DNA of 62,660 nucleotides, filler included, from Thelocarpon superellum (Eukaryota), in the NCBI GenBank assembly GCA_026025795.1. It is 5 parts of 5 records of this genome, joined end to end, with 100 filler letters (N's around TTAATTAATTAA, not from the genome) between each part and the next. Parts side by side here need not be neighbours in the genome. Positions count along the whole stretch, not along the records: positions 12,587 to 25,060 come from JAPEUG010000483.1; positions 25,161 to 37,627 come from JAPEUG010000484.1; 3 more parts are not named here. The stretch is one strand, 5' to 3'. A program made the position numbers and the translations under genes. The notes under the pieces were generated by a model, which was not told where the DNA came from, searched no databases, and was given only the letters and a program-made list of their open reading frames with translations. Position 1 is the stretch's first letter, and every line of letters begins with the position of its first letter. Shown in pieces: positions 23,254 to 35,423 of the stretch.

Positions 23254-24812
23254 TCAGGTAAGGATATATTGGTGATTCTGCTCCTCCCGCACTCCATCCG
23301 TGGACTGTTTCACCTCGAGCCGGTGGACCTTGGTTTCCTGCGTGTCATTCCACTTGTTCAGCACCTCGTGAAGATTGGTGTCCACTTCTGCTCGGTCGAT
23401 GGCGATCAGGACGATGGCGTCAAAGCCGCCGGCGCCCGGTACCACCCCACCGAGCACGCCAGGAATCTTGCTGCAGATGTCCAGCAGTCTCGTCTGCATT
23501 GGCGGCTCGATGGGCACCCCAGTGCTAATCGACATGGAGCGAAGCCAATGGCGGATGGCCAGGATATTGAGTTGGAGCTGTACGTACTGTCCGAGCCATA
23601 GCCTGTCTTCCTCTGGACGCGCGCCTATCCCTCGTGGGGTCGGGGCTCGGGCGATGTCGTCGAGATCGCGGTCCCAAGCCTGGGACAGATCTCCCTGATC
23701 GTTCGCTTGGGCGTTGACGATGTTGAGATGGGTGTGCAGGAGGCCGTTCTCATTATTCAGCTGGTACCACAACTCCTCTGCCTGCTCCGGGCACTCGGCC
23801 CGCCAGGCAAGGACCTTCTTGGCCATCCCCACGGTCTGCGAACCACAGTCTACATCGCACAGGATGAGTCGCACTCCTGGCGGTAGCTTCAATGCGTCCT
23901 TCCTGATCGTCATGTCCCAGCGAGTCAAGGGCGCCGGGTCCTCGACCAGATCCCGCAATTGGGCCACGAAGCCGCTCGATCCAATCTCTCCGAGGCTCTC
24001 GAGCACCGCGGGCGAAAAGCGCTGATAGACGCACGTGCCGTACACGGCCGCGGCGACGTCAAAGCCCGAGCCGACCTTTCCTTGCGCTGCGCAGTGGGCA
24101 ATCTGGGCCAGATTATGAAGTCGACGTTTGCCGTCGTCCGTGGCGAGGGAGAACTGATCCGCCGTCAGGTAATGAGAGAGCACCGCGCCGACGAAGGCGG
24201 TGACTAGCGCTGCCGAAGAACCAAGCCCCGTCTTGTGCGCGTCCGAGAGAGTGGTGTCGAAGCGCGTAAAGTGGTGGGGTGGGGAGGGAGAGGCCGATGG
24301 TGGGACAGACGAGGAGGACGAGGGGGGGGAGGAGGATGAATAGTAGGCATCGTCCGCCAAGATGGTAACGGATGACGGCGCGATAGAGGCAGACGTCAAC
24401 GTCGAGACATAGGTCAACGCATAGCCCAGGGCCGTCTCGACGAAGGGATTAGTCGACCGCGCCGGCGAGGGCGAGCTGGAATCCACCAGGCACGATTAGA
24501 CAGGCACGATGGACCGCCACGACAACAAGAACGAGACCCATGAAAAACGCACCTCTGCAACTGCTTGACAGCGATCCCGCCGCCCTCTTCCATCGTGCGG
24601 TAGCCATAGCGCCACTCGGCCTGCCGGAATTGCAGGGAGCGAACCACGACCTCCGAGAGCGCCACCCCGTAGCCGGTAGGGACCGGCTCGATCCGGACGA
24701 AGATGCGCGCGTCCAGCCCAAAGACCAACCCGCTGTATTTCCGATCCAGCACCAGGTAGCCACCCGCCAACAGGACTTTCCCTGGCGCCGAGACCGTCAC
24801 GGAAGGGGTCAT
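23254..24812 (-). CDS. ERG8: Phosphomevalonate kinase
   Basis: SAPGKVLLAGGYLVLD, KTGLGSSAALVT, AHCAAQGKVGSGFDVAAAVYG, GVVPGAGGFDAI. Intron 24476-24552. Confidence 0.95.
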
Positions 24813-24881
24813 GGTGGTCGAGGCAGGCTGATTGAGCCAGGTTAGGGATGCAAGAAGTAAATGTGAGCGGGGCAGAGCATC

Positions 24882-24919
24882 ACGAGCTTGACGAGCTTGA
24901 CGAGCTTGACGAGCTTGAC
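24882..24919. repeat. (ACGAGCTTG)4 tandem 9-mer just upstream of ERG8
   Basis: Read directly from the sequence. Confidence 0.9.
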
Positions 24920-25060
24920 CAGGTGCAGCGGCGTTGTTTCACACGGACAGACATGGAAGAAGGGAGGGGACTATCGCATGTACGATAGTCAACATCTCAC
25001 GCAGTAGCTTCCGCATGCCCATTGCTGTTCATATAGCTGTGGTCTCTACTTACGCCCGCC

Positions 25061-25160
25061 NNNNNNNNNNNNNNNNNNNNNNNNNNNNNNNNNNNNNNNN
25101 NNNNTTAATTAATTAANNNNNNNNNNNNNNNNNNNNNNNNNNNNNNNNNNNNNNNNNNNN
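25061..25160. other. Artificial contig spacer
   Basis: N44-TTAATTAATTAA-N44. Confidence 0.98.
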
Positions 25161-25599
25161 CCGCGCCCGCGATTGACTCGGCCATGCCATTGTAGAAGAA
25201 GCGCGAGGTGGCGAGCGCCGGTGAGAGCAGCACAACCGGCGCTCCTGTCGCGAGGGGAGAATCGGTGGACATGTTACACACGGGCATGAAGAGTTGCTCG
25301 AACGTACCCGGTCCCCAACCGTAGTCCGCATAGTCTGCATCCTCGGCCGCCGCCACGGCCGGAGTCATGTACGGCGTCGTGCAGTTCGCGCCCCCCGTCG
25401 TGTTCGAGGCAATCGGATAGAAGACGGAGACCATGATGGCGCGTGACGCATTGCTCCACGGATCCGGGCGAGACGGATCGACCAATTCCTTGATTTCGAC
25501 GGCGACGTTGAATGTGCCGTTGAATGGAGGGAGCACTGTGGCCGTGCTCAACGCAGCGAAGGCCGCAAGAGCCAGGCTGGCGCTCCTGAAAGACTTCAT
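25161..25599 (-). CDS. Secreted PAF-acetylhydrolase-like alpha/beta hydrolase, 5' part only
   Basis: Signal peptide MKSFRSASLALAAFAALSTA, then LPPFNGTFNV..LVDPSRPDPW..RAIMVSVFYP..PVVLLSPALATSRFFY..MAESIA, typical of the family N-half. The catalytic region is cut off by the spacer. Confidence 0.7.
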
Positions 25600-25754
25600 C
25601 GCGGCAATAATGCACGAGCAAGGGAAAGAGGAAAGGGAGATACCAAGTAGATGAAGGAAGAGCACCGACCTAGGAAAGGAGCAGACACGGGCGATGCTCG
25701 ACCGATGATGAGCATGTCCGACAGAGTCCCGATCCTGGAGAGGACATGTCCAGG

Positions 25755-25763
25755 TTTATAAAT
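25755..25763 (-). promoter_or_regulatory. TATA box of the hydrolase gene
   Basis: ATTTATAAA on the minus strand about 160 nt upstream of the ATG, in a GC-rich context. Confidence 0.5.
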
Positions 25764-26377
25764 CCCGTCCACAACCCCAGGGCGTACCCATAGCGAGCGG
25801 CCCTCCAGCATGACAACCTTTGAGAGAGCGCCAGTTGAACGAGAGGAAGGTCAGGAAGGCCAGAAAGGCCAAGAGGTATAATCATGGGGATAAGAATGAC
25901 GCTGGGCGCTCAAACGCGGGCAGCTGTGCTGTTGAAACTGCACGGGGCCATTAGCCAGAAGCAGAGGTCTGCATCGGATGTCGTTACGTAATTGCCAGCT
26001 CCTGTGAATCCCTGACGGAGCGACTCTTGGGCCGGGCAGCGAGACCGCGACCCGAAATAGTTGACGTGGTGAGGTGGACGCAGTGTCGCGGGTTTGACAG
26101 CGTCTGGAAACATGTCATGCGCCTTCCCAGCCTGTCCGGCTGGATCATTGTCGGTTTCAGATCTTGCTGTGCCACCTATGCCTGCGCCATGCACAAGAAG
26201 GAGGCGAAATATGACAAATCACGAGTGTAGAAGCAAGCAGTCACGAAACTATTCCCTCGTAGGGCGAGAGGCAGAGGTGGGGAGAGAGGCCAACGCAGAC
26301 AGGCGAAAGAACGAGGCAACCTCGCCTCTCTCGCCATCGCTAAGCCCGTACTCCTCTTGACGAGCCGAGTCCGTCAG

Positions 26378-26420
26378 ATATTAATTATGAGTTAGGGCAT
26401 ATTAATTAATGAGTTAGGGC
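26378..26420. repeat. AT-rich 21/22-bp tandem duplication ATATTAATT(A)ATGAGTTAGGGC
   Basis: Two near-identical copies, each with TTAGGG. Confidence 0.85.
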
Positions 26421-26917
26421 ATTGCCTACGCAGCCATCCTTGTCAACTGACCATGATGATCTTTGGGAATGGCATATACTGCACTCTAGTGTACCATATC
26501 GCTCGGTGCAGAGATGCGCTCGAGCGTGTTGGCATTGTCGCTCTGCGGGCCAGCCATGACCCAGTCTGATTTGCCCGCTCCACACGCTGAGGTAGACTGA
26601 CAGGCCATCGCTGGGGATGCGTAGGCGCCAGAGCCCACGTCGCGAGAAAATGCATACCGATATGCCGACCGATGCACAGCATCCTGCATCCAACCTTGTG
26701 AGGCGGTCTATTACGCAGCCCGAGGACCATTTGTCGAAAACAGGTGCAGGCATGGTGTGAATCACTGCAACAGTTACCACCGTCTTGGCAACTTGGCATA
26801 GTTGTTTGGGGTCAGAGACGACGGCTCCCTGTGTGAAACATGGCATGACAGGTGCCGCCAGCATCCGACGTGGCCCCCAATAATAGCACGTTATGTTCTA
26901 CCTTAACTGATCGCTAG

Positions 26918-29900
26918 TCAATTCCTGACCCGGCCCGTCTCGTGCTTCTCCGCCTCGGTCGCACTCCCAAACCCATAGCTCGCCCGCTTCTTTCGTCGGC
27001 CACGACGATCGCCGTACTTCTCGTCAAACTTCCGCACAGCGGCCAAGGAGCTCATGTCCTCGCTGATGCTGGCGCTGATCTCCTCCATGGCCCTATCAAA
27101 GTGTCGTGGTGACAGGGTCCGCTTCTCCGGAAAGCGGTAGGGCTCGAAGTCCTGCGCGTGCGCCGTGGCCAGGTCATGCTCCTCCCGCACGCACGCGAGC
27201 GCCGCCGCCACGCACAGATTCTTGAGATCCGATCCCGAGTAAAAGGGCGTGCGTTGAGCCAGGTCGGAGAGGATGACCGACGGGTCGAGCACTTCGTGCC
27301 TCAGGTGGATGCGCAGGATCGCCTCGCGATCCGCCTCAAGCGGCAGGTCCACCAAGAGCCGTCGTGGAAGCCGTCGGAGCACGGCGTCGTCCAAGTCGAA
27401 GGGTCGATTGGTCGCCACCATGATAAAAGCCGAGAGGTCGTTCATTCCGTCCCATTCCCGCAGAAACTGATTGATCAGTTCTCGGTGGCTCGTGCGGTTC
27501 GACGACCCACTGCGGGAGCCAAAGATGGCGTCGGCCTCGTCGATGAAGACGACACAGGGGCTGAGCTTCTTGGCCAAGGTGAAGATGGCCTTGACGTTCT
27601 TCTCGCCCTCGCCCACATACATGTCATACACCTCGGAGCCGCTGACCTCGAGCACCGTCGCACCGCTCTCTTTGGCCACCGCTTTGGCCAACATCGTCTT
27701 GCCTGTGCCCGGTGGGCCGTAGAGGAGCAAGCCCGGAATCTTGTCCGTCGCGAGCACGCCGTAGGAAAAGGCCTCGGGCCGGAGAAGCGAGAGCGAGGTG
27801 AGCGTCTTGAGCGCGTCGATCGTCTCGGCAGGGGCGCGCACGTCGTGGAACGTGGTGTGGATGTTTTCTGCGCCTTGTCAGCAACGTCTGCTCTCGCCCA
27901 CCCCTTTCCGTCCTCCCTTACCCGGGTTGACGACCCCGCTCAGCAGCTTCTTCTCATGCGTGTTGCATTTCTTGCGTATGCGCTTCATCTTGTCGTCCGT
28001 CTCCTTGCTCGCCGCATCTGCAAGGGGCGCCGGGGCCATGGCCTCGTCGCTGGCCCGCTGTTCGACGCGCTCTTCGGCCGCCCAGCCAAACTTTACCTCG
28101 TCGCTGGCATCAAGCATCTGTAGCGCGGCCCCGATCATCGCCGGCGAGAGCTCTTCCTCCTGCCCCATGAGACCGAGCGCGGTCACCGCAACGCGATGGA
28201 CCCGGTCAAAGGACCAGACCGACTCTTCGAGTCCGGACGCAAACTCTTGCGATGAGTCCAGGCGAAGGATGGGTGCCGACACGATGTCTGCCGTTCGTGA
28301 GGCGTCTGGGGTTCGGCGACGGATCATATCCTGCAGGTGCCGCAGATTGATCTCTCGCATCCGCCGGCTCTCATCCTCGCTAAAGACGTGGTTGGGGGTA
28401 AGGGACCGCGAGGGGGTGACGACAATGGTCCTTGTCGGACCCGCCTCGAGCTCGGCTTGAACGGTGCGCACGCCCGACTTAGACAGAGTGGGCATCAAGT
28501 CGGCCGACGACACCGTTCCTACCACAACAATTCTGCTCCTGGCTCTCCGCAGATCTCGTGCATGATCGTGCAGCGCCTGCAGGATCAGGCCTCCATGTGT
28601 CGTCGCTTGAATCTCCTTGTAGTCGCGAATCATGACGATCAACGGTCGGGGCGCTTCTCCCTCCGCCAGCGCTTCGACCGCGTCCGTGAGCCCGCTCGCC
28701 GCTTCTCTACCCTGCCGCTTCATTTGCCGTGCTTCAACCAACGCAGCCGCCACGCCAGCCAGCTTCGCACCCTCGCCATGATCCGCCATTGACGCACCAA
28801 GTCGGGCTGGAGGTGGTGGGAAGCCTGATCGAGATCCAGCCGGGCCATCATTCCCGACAGCCCATTTACCCGATTTGATCAGATCATCCATGTTCCCGGT
28901 GAAGGTGCCAATGGGAATGGCGCTAATCTTGGATAGCACGGGTTTCCAGAAGGACGCACGATTCGACCGGTTGATCGGCGGTGGATCCTCTTCGTCATCC
29001 TCTTCCAGATCCTCCTCGTCCTCAAGCGCTTCCTCCGTCTCTCGAGAGTCCTGTCGCGCGACGACCTGTTGTGCATCGTAGCCCAGCGCGCGAATGGTGT
29101 AAGGGGTCAGCTCGGGCTTCTCCGCCATGTAGTTGCCTGCAATCTCCGCAATATCCTGCGCGTCCAACCGAAGATAGTCCGCCCCGGTCGCCGATGCCAC
29201 CTTCTCCACAATGGCATCTAGAAAATAGATGCTCCCGTCCTTGGGGCATTGTAGCAAGACGTGTGACTTCTCGGCAGGGAAGCTCTCGGCATACGGTTGG
29301 TTGGGGAGAGACAAGGCGGCTCGGATGGTGGCCAGGATCTCCTCCCAGATGGTATGATGAATGTGATATCGTGAGGAGCGGGTAGGAAGCGGCGGTGGGA
29401 CTTCCAGAGTATGGCTAAGCCCCTCGATCTCCGCTCTCTGGCTATCAGACGCGGCGGCTTTCGTCGGCTCTGACACCGCTGGCCCGTCGATGGCCAGTAT
29501 CTCGTCCGCAGCCAGCAACTCTTCATACATGCGCACATTTCTCTCCACGAACTCATCGGGTATGGCAATGGGCGGGAGCTCTTTCGGTCTCTTATTGCGC
29601 ACCGATCGACGGGCGGCCGAGCCGTAGCTGCTGCGTTCTTTGCTTCGTTGTAGTCGTTCGGGAACGTCAAGTGGAGCTCCCTCTGTTTCCGTTGCCGCTG
29701 CTTCCGCGATGGGGTCACTGGAGATGGCTGGGTCTTCATCCTGCATGGGATGCCATGGGCGGTTTGGAGAGTCGGTTGGATCTTCTGGCTCTCGATTGAG
29801 GGTGGCGGAGGAGTGAAAGGAATGAGCGGGCGACTGTGAAGGAAATCGATTCTGAGCGATGAATCGTTGGATATTTCGGGACGACCGGGGCAATGTCCAC

Positions 29901-29926
29901 CATGCTCGTCGGGCGACGGCATGCAT
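26918..29926 (-). CDS. Mitochondrial AAA+ ATPase (Msp1/ATAD1/spastin-related long fungal form)
   Basis: Walker A GLLLYGPPGTGKT, Walker B VFIDEAD, SRH ATNRPFDLDDAVLRRL. Arg-rich presequence-like N-terminus. Intron 27868-27921. Confidence 0.9.
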
Positions 29927-30391
29927 TCGGCGTCGAGGTGCTCACGCGAGCTGGCGGAAGATCAAATGAACGTGGTGGAACGCTGCGTGACAGCTGGTCC
30001 GCATCCGGTCGATCGTCCAAAGCTCGCTGGATGGTCAGCGGTTCCCTTTCTTCCCATCAGCGGAAAAGCTTTGGGAATCACAAATGCACAGAATACGGCG
30101 GGCCGGATCTCGCCCCGGGGAGCTGCGGCAAGGGTGTCTGTCACCTGTAGGGGAACGGGCGTGGTAGCTACCGATACCCGTATCAGCAACTACGGCCTAC
30201 AAGAGTCGACCTCATTGCCTTTTCGGGGAATTTGCTAGTTAAGTTACCGAGCGCGAAGGGACCTCGCAACAGAGGCCGACCCGGAAGCAGAGATGTCATC
30301 AATCCCTGATGAATCGAGTGCACACCTGACGCTGTGAGGACGGACCGGCGCCTGCCAGCTTACCGCTCCTCGCCCTTGTCCATTACCAGCC

Positions 30392-32308
30392 ATGGCGAGC
30401 AGCGTGGATTCCAAGCTGCTCAAGCAAACCAAATTCCCTCCTGAATTCAACCAAAAGGTGGACATGAAGAAGGTCAATCTCGAGGTGATGAAGAAGTAAG
30501 CTTCACAAGTCTGCACTCCCTCAGGGCTCTGCTCAGGTGTCCACTCCGCAGATGGATCGCCGGCAAGATCTCGGACATTCTGCAAAACGAGGACGACGTG
30601 GTGATCGAGCTGTGTTTCAATCTGTTAGAGGGCGCCCGTTTTGTATGTCCCGCCCTTGGCTCCTCTTCCTACTGGGCGCCCCGCTGATTTGGATGAACGT
30701 CCGCAGCCAGACATCAAGCGCCTACAGATTTCCTTGACCGGTTTCCTCGACAAAGACACGCCAAAGTTCTGCAAAGATCTGTGGTCGTTATGCTTGAGCG
30801 CACAGGCCAATCCCCAAGGCGTGCCCAAAGAATTACTGGAGGCCAAGAAACTCGAGTTGATCCAGGAGAAGGTGGCGACCCCCCCACATCTGCCTACGAG
30901 GAGCACTCACCACTTTGTCTAGATCGATGCCGAGAGACTTGCGGCCGAGGCCCGTCGGCGGGCCGAGCAAGAACGGAGCCGCGAGCAGGATATCAACAGC
31001 GTCCGCCAACGGGAGCGTGGTGATCGGGGCGACCGTGGTGACCGTAGTGATCGGCGAGATTGGGGTGACCATCGGCGTGGTGGACGCGGAGGCCGGGACT
31101 TTGATCGTCGCTCACGTCCTCAGTCAAGATCTCCACCTCCGCCACGCGAGCGATATTCTCCCGGTCGAATGGATCGCCGAGGAGCTCCGCCTCCTGCTCC
31201 GCCCCCGCGACGGGATATTGACACCTACCTTCCTCCAAATCATCGACATGATCGTCACCGCGATGATCGCCGACGACCCATACGCTCTCGCTCGCCTCCT
31301 CGTCCTGGGCCCTCCCGCTCGTCCTCGCCGAGTCCTCCACCCCGGTGGCGGCGAGGAGTCGACGAGGCCCCGCCACAGCGGCACCGGTCGCCCCGGAGTC
31401 GATCCCACTCCCGCAATGCACGATATGACGTTCGATCTTCGGACCGTTCACGCGGCTTCCGTCGACGTGACCGGGCCGCCGATGATGACGTCCGGATGCG
31501 GTCCGTGACCGCGTCAGACTCATCTCGCTCCCGTTTGTCTCGGCGAGCTCGGCGGCGACGCTCTCCATCTCGGTCATCGTCGGGAAGCTCCACACCGCCG
31601 CCATCTCGCCGAGAGCGACACCGGCGCCGACGTCACACCTCGCGATCACGCTCGCGATCGAGATCGATGGAGAGGCGGCACCGGAGACGGGGCGACGGGG
31701 ATCGATTGCGAGCGTCACCTTCCTACGCCGCTCCTGATGATGCTTCTGATGCGCGCGCTGATGTTCGCAAGGACCGCCGACGCGACGAGCGGCCACGCAG
31801 CCGCAGTCGGGTCCGGCACCGTCACCAGAGTCGAGAAGGGACGCGGGCCGGCCGCCACCGTGGCAGCCCCAGCCGTAGCGCCAGCGGCAGCCGGGGCGCT
31901 CGCCGAGCCTCAAGGAAACATCGCTCCATTGAGCGATACGAACCCGTGGGCAAGCGAAGACGCAACACCTCTTCTGTCTCGTCCGCGACGGAGAAGAGGC
32001 GCAAGACGGCTGACTCTCCTGAGCCTGATGGGCGCAGATCCACTCCCCCTCGAGGACCGCCGACCAGTGCGCCCAGCCTGACCAAGGGCCTCGGCCATGA
32101 TGCAGCAAATGGGGAGGTGGGTGACCACCACTGATGGAGAGCCGCCGGCTTTCCACGTCTCGGTCGTGTCCTGACTAGTTTGCGGCAGACTAACTCGCCC
32201 TCGAAGACGGAGACGGAGATCCGTGAGGCCCTCCTTCGCGAGAAGGTCAAGAGCATGAGGCTGCCTAGCAGTGGCAACGTAAAAGGACCAACGACGCGCT
32301 CGGATTGA
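30392..32308 (+). CDS. PWI-domain SR-related splicing factor (SRRM1/SRm160-like), 5 exons
   Basis: MASSVDSKLLKQTKFPPEFNQKVDMKKVNLEVMK|KWIAGKISDILQNEDDVVIELCF..PDIKRLQISLTGFL..FCKDLWSLCLSAQ (PWI), then a long RS/RD domain. Last exon ..EIREALLREKVKSMR. Confidence 0.9.
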
Positions 32309-32802
32309 ATGCGAGCTACTCCAATTCCACTTCATTCTGCAGCAACTGCAGGGTAGATAGATGCTCAAATGCAGATCTCACGTGATCCTAGATACACGTG
32401 CAGCAGGGCTAGCGGGTGAGGATGAGTAGGCTGAAGCCCGCGTGTGTTTCAAAAGCTGACCGGTTCAGTTTGTCGACCACAAATGAGGACTGTTTGAACA
32501 TGGCCTCGACAATGCCGTACGAGGGGCTGTAGGAGGCCGGGTGAGAGTCTACCACGAATCAACAACGTCCTGGTCAAGGTAGCACGTTGCGTGAGACTCT
32601 CGAGTCGGCTTGGCTTTCTGCCGAGAGCGGTGAATCGTAGTAAATATCGGCTGCACCTCTTCAATCCCGGCCTTGCACGTCCCACCAATCCACCACCACC
32701 GACCTGGAAACTCTCTCTCTCTCTCACTGCAGAGCGTGATTTCTGTGGTACACACTCCACATCCCCATCCCGAGCGTCATACGGCTGTTCGAGAGACCCA
32801 AG

Positions 32803-33542
32803 ATGGCGGAGAACGCACAGGGCTCGGGCGGTGGGAACGCCGGCGCGGGCCACCACACCGATGCAATCCGAGGGTTACCATATTATGAGAAACTACGACG
32901 AGACTTGCGTGAGACGCTGCAGAAGAAGCGTTTGCTTGACAAGAATCTGGTACGTACACTGTGATGGTTGCACAGGCATTGGCGTGAGCTACATCCCGAC
33001 GCGACCCCACGGCTAACGCGTTGGACGGGATGACAGGCGTCGCTTGAAGACCAGATTTCCAAGTTCGAGAACTCATACCTCGAAGAGACCGGGGCTGGCA
33101 ACATCATCAAGGGTTTCGACAACTACATCAAAGGGTCCTCTGCAGGGGGTGGTGCCGGCGGCGCCGGGCGGAAAAAAGCGGTGGTGACGGATGCAGATCG
33201 TGTCTTTTCCAAGAGCTCTGCCTCCTTCTCGCGGGTCAGTCTCCACATGTTTGCATGGAATCTCTGTTCAAGCCCGGGTCTTGACCCCGTGGCACGCTTT
33301 AGGACTCTCCTGCGCCGACCCCTTCCTCCTCACAGACGACGCCCTCCCATGCTCCTACGCCTTCCTCGGCCTTTGCCGCACGCGATTCCGCCCAACCCAC
33401 GCCAACTTCTGCTACCTCGGGAGCGACGACGAAGAACAATAAGAAGAACAAGAAGGGTACCGTGGCGAGCGGGGATGACGGCGGCGACGACGAGGGCAGT
33501 CGGAAGCGGGCACGGGTGAGCTTCGGCGGCCGAGGCGACTAG
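32803..33542 (+). CDS. EAF6: NuA4/NuA3 histone acetyltransferase subunit Eaf6, 3 exons
   Basis: GLPYYEKLRRDLRETLQKKRLLDKNL|ASLEDQISKFENSYLEETGAGNIIKGFDNYIK..DADRVFSKSS. Confidence 0.92.
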
Positions 33543-33658
33543 ATGTGGTTGTTGGTTCTGGGCGACGATGTCCTTCCCTAGCATAGCGCGGTGTCGCGGG
33601 TTCAAGAGAGAAACTACAGCGCGGGACGAGGGCATCAGGATGATTGTGAGATGGCCAC

Positions 33659-34830
33659 CTAGATCTTCGAATCTTTGCTCGCGTCCCTGTACACAGGCCG
33701 ATGTGGCCGGGTGATCTCGGGCAGCTTGCCCTCGTGGTGGAGGCGACAGATGAGGATCTCGTCGCCAATTTCTAACGGATGTTCGAACTCTGGACGCTCA
33801 TCGTATGCCACCCGTGCCGCGTCCACCATGATCCGTGCGGTCATCCCCCACACGCGAAATCGGGTCATGGAACCTTCCTCCTCAGCCTCCCTGAGCCGAC
33901 GGGCGGCGGCCGATCGCCCTGGGCCATGATGAGCGGATCGTGGTGTGGCGACTGGATGACCAGCAAGCGGAACGAAGAAGCTGTGCATCGGAAGACGCTT
34001 CTCGTGCCAGGTCGTCCATGACCCGTCGTACCACTGCAGTCCATCACTGGGCACGCTCGGCCCTGCGCCCGCACACAACTCATCGCTCTTCTTCAAGAAA
34101 GTGTGAAAGGGGGCGGAGAAGACGGCGGCGACCTCTCGGGCATCCAGCCGCGGGATCAGACTCCGCTCCACGTCGGCCACTTCCGTGCCGGTCTGGTCGC
34201 CGGCGTTCAAGTAGGCGACACATGGGCGAACGGCCAGCTCGGTGCGTGCCAGATGGACGGGGAGCTCGCACAAATGCTCCACGCGAAAGGGTGGGACGAG
34301 CTTGCCGTCATCACTCGGTAGACCAATCTCTTCGTCGGCCTCGCGGCGGGCAGTCTGGAAGGGAGTTTCGAGCAACGAGTCGGCTTTCCCTGGCTGGGGT
34401 CAGGTGCGCTGTGTGGTGGGGCTGGCAACGGCATCAAGGGTCATCAAGGGACCCACCTCCAGGGAAGGCCGCTTGGCCGGGGACTACTCGTACGTTGATC
34501 AGTCGGTCATGTCTGCCGCTACCGGCTCGGCATCGAGATGCGCGTCCACATGGAAGGATAGGGTCTACATGATTTCAGGGTGCTCGCCCGCACCGTCAAC
34601 ACCACCCGCAGATCTCCGTTGGGGTCTGCGAATAACAAGATCAAGACGGCCGCTCGTCTCGTGAGCGGCAGCGAGCTGTAGATCGTGGGAGGCGATTGGT
34701 AGGCGCGTAATCGTGTCAGCGCGCGCTGTGCGAGGCATCAGCCGGCACCTTCGCCCCCCCCCCCTCACCCCACCAAGATGGACGATGAAATACGGATACC
34801 AACCAGCGACGCTCTTGAGAGTGGAGTCAT
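33659..34830 (-). CDS. PCD1: Peroxisomal CoA diphosphatase (Nudix, Pcd1/NUDT7), 4 exons
   Basis: MTPLSRASL|RALTRLRAY..RRAAVLILLFADPNGDLRVVLTVRASTLKS|FPGQAAFPG|GKADSLLETPFQTARREADEEIGL (NuCoA motif plus Nudix box), VWGMTARI. C-terminal SKI. Confidence 0.9.
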
Positions 34831-35423
34831 GGCATCTGGATCCCGCCACCGTCACATGGCCTTCGTCGATGCAGTCAACATCCGAGTAACGTCGAGTGAA
34901 GTACTTTGTACCGACGGTTGCTGCTCTCGCCCACGACGTGATGGCGGGAACGGCGAATTGGGGGAGGAATAAGCTGCCGAGGTTAGTCTCTCTTTCATGT
35001 TCTTTGTCTCGATTCCCTCCCGTAGCCTTGGCTTGGCCTTCTAGCTCACGACAGCTGGAGACGGTCGCTCTCCCCCAACTATTACGTTGCCATCGTCGTA
35101 GAGCGTGTTGACGCCACGGCCATTCATCCACCGGCTTGATGCTAACGTGGCTGTGTCATGTGGTTGGTGATGGCGTGCCAGACCGGTCGCGTTCTTTATC
35201 ACGACTTATTTCCGTGTGCCAGGAGAGCACAGCCCAAAGTGCTCTGAGTCTTTCTCCGTCGACCAGCTGTGGTCCACAAGTATGTCGCCGTCGATGGCAT
35301 CCTTTGTCCGTCACAGAGATGAATTCCCTACTTCGAAACCTATGTGCTATAACAGTAGACTTCTCTCCCCTCCGCTGTCGAGGAATCCCGACGCAGTGAA
35401 GCATCGTTGGACCTTTTCGTGCC

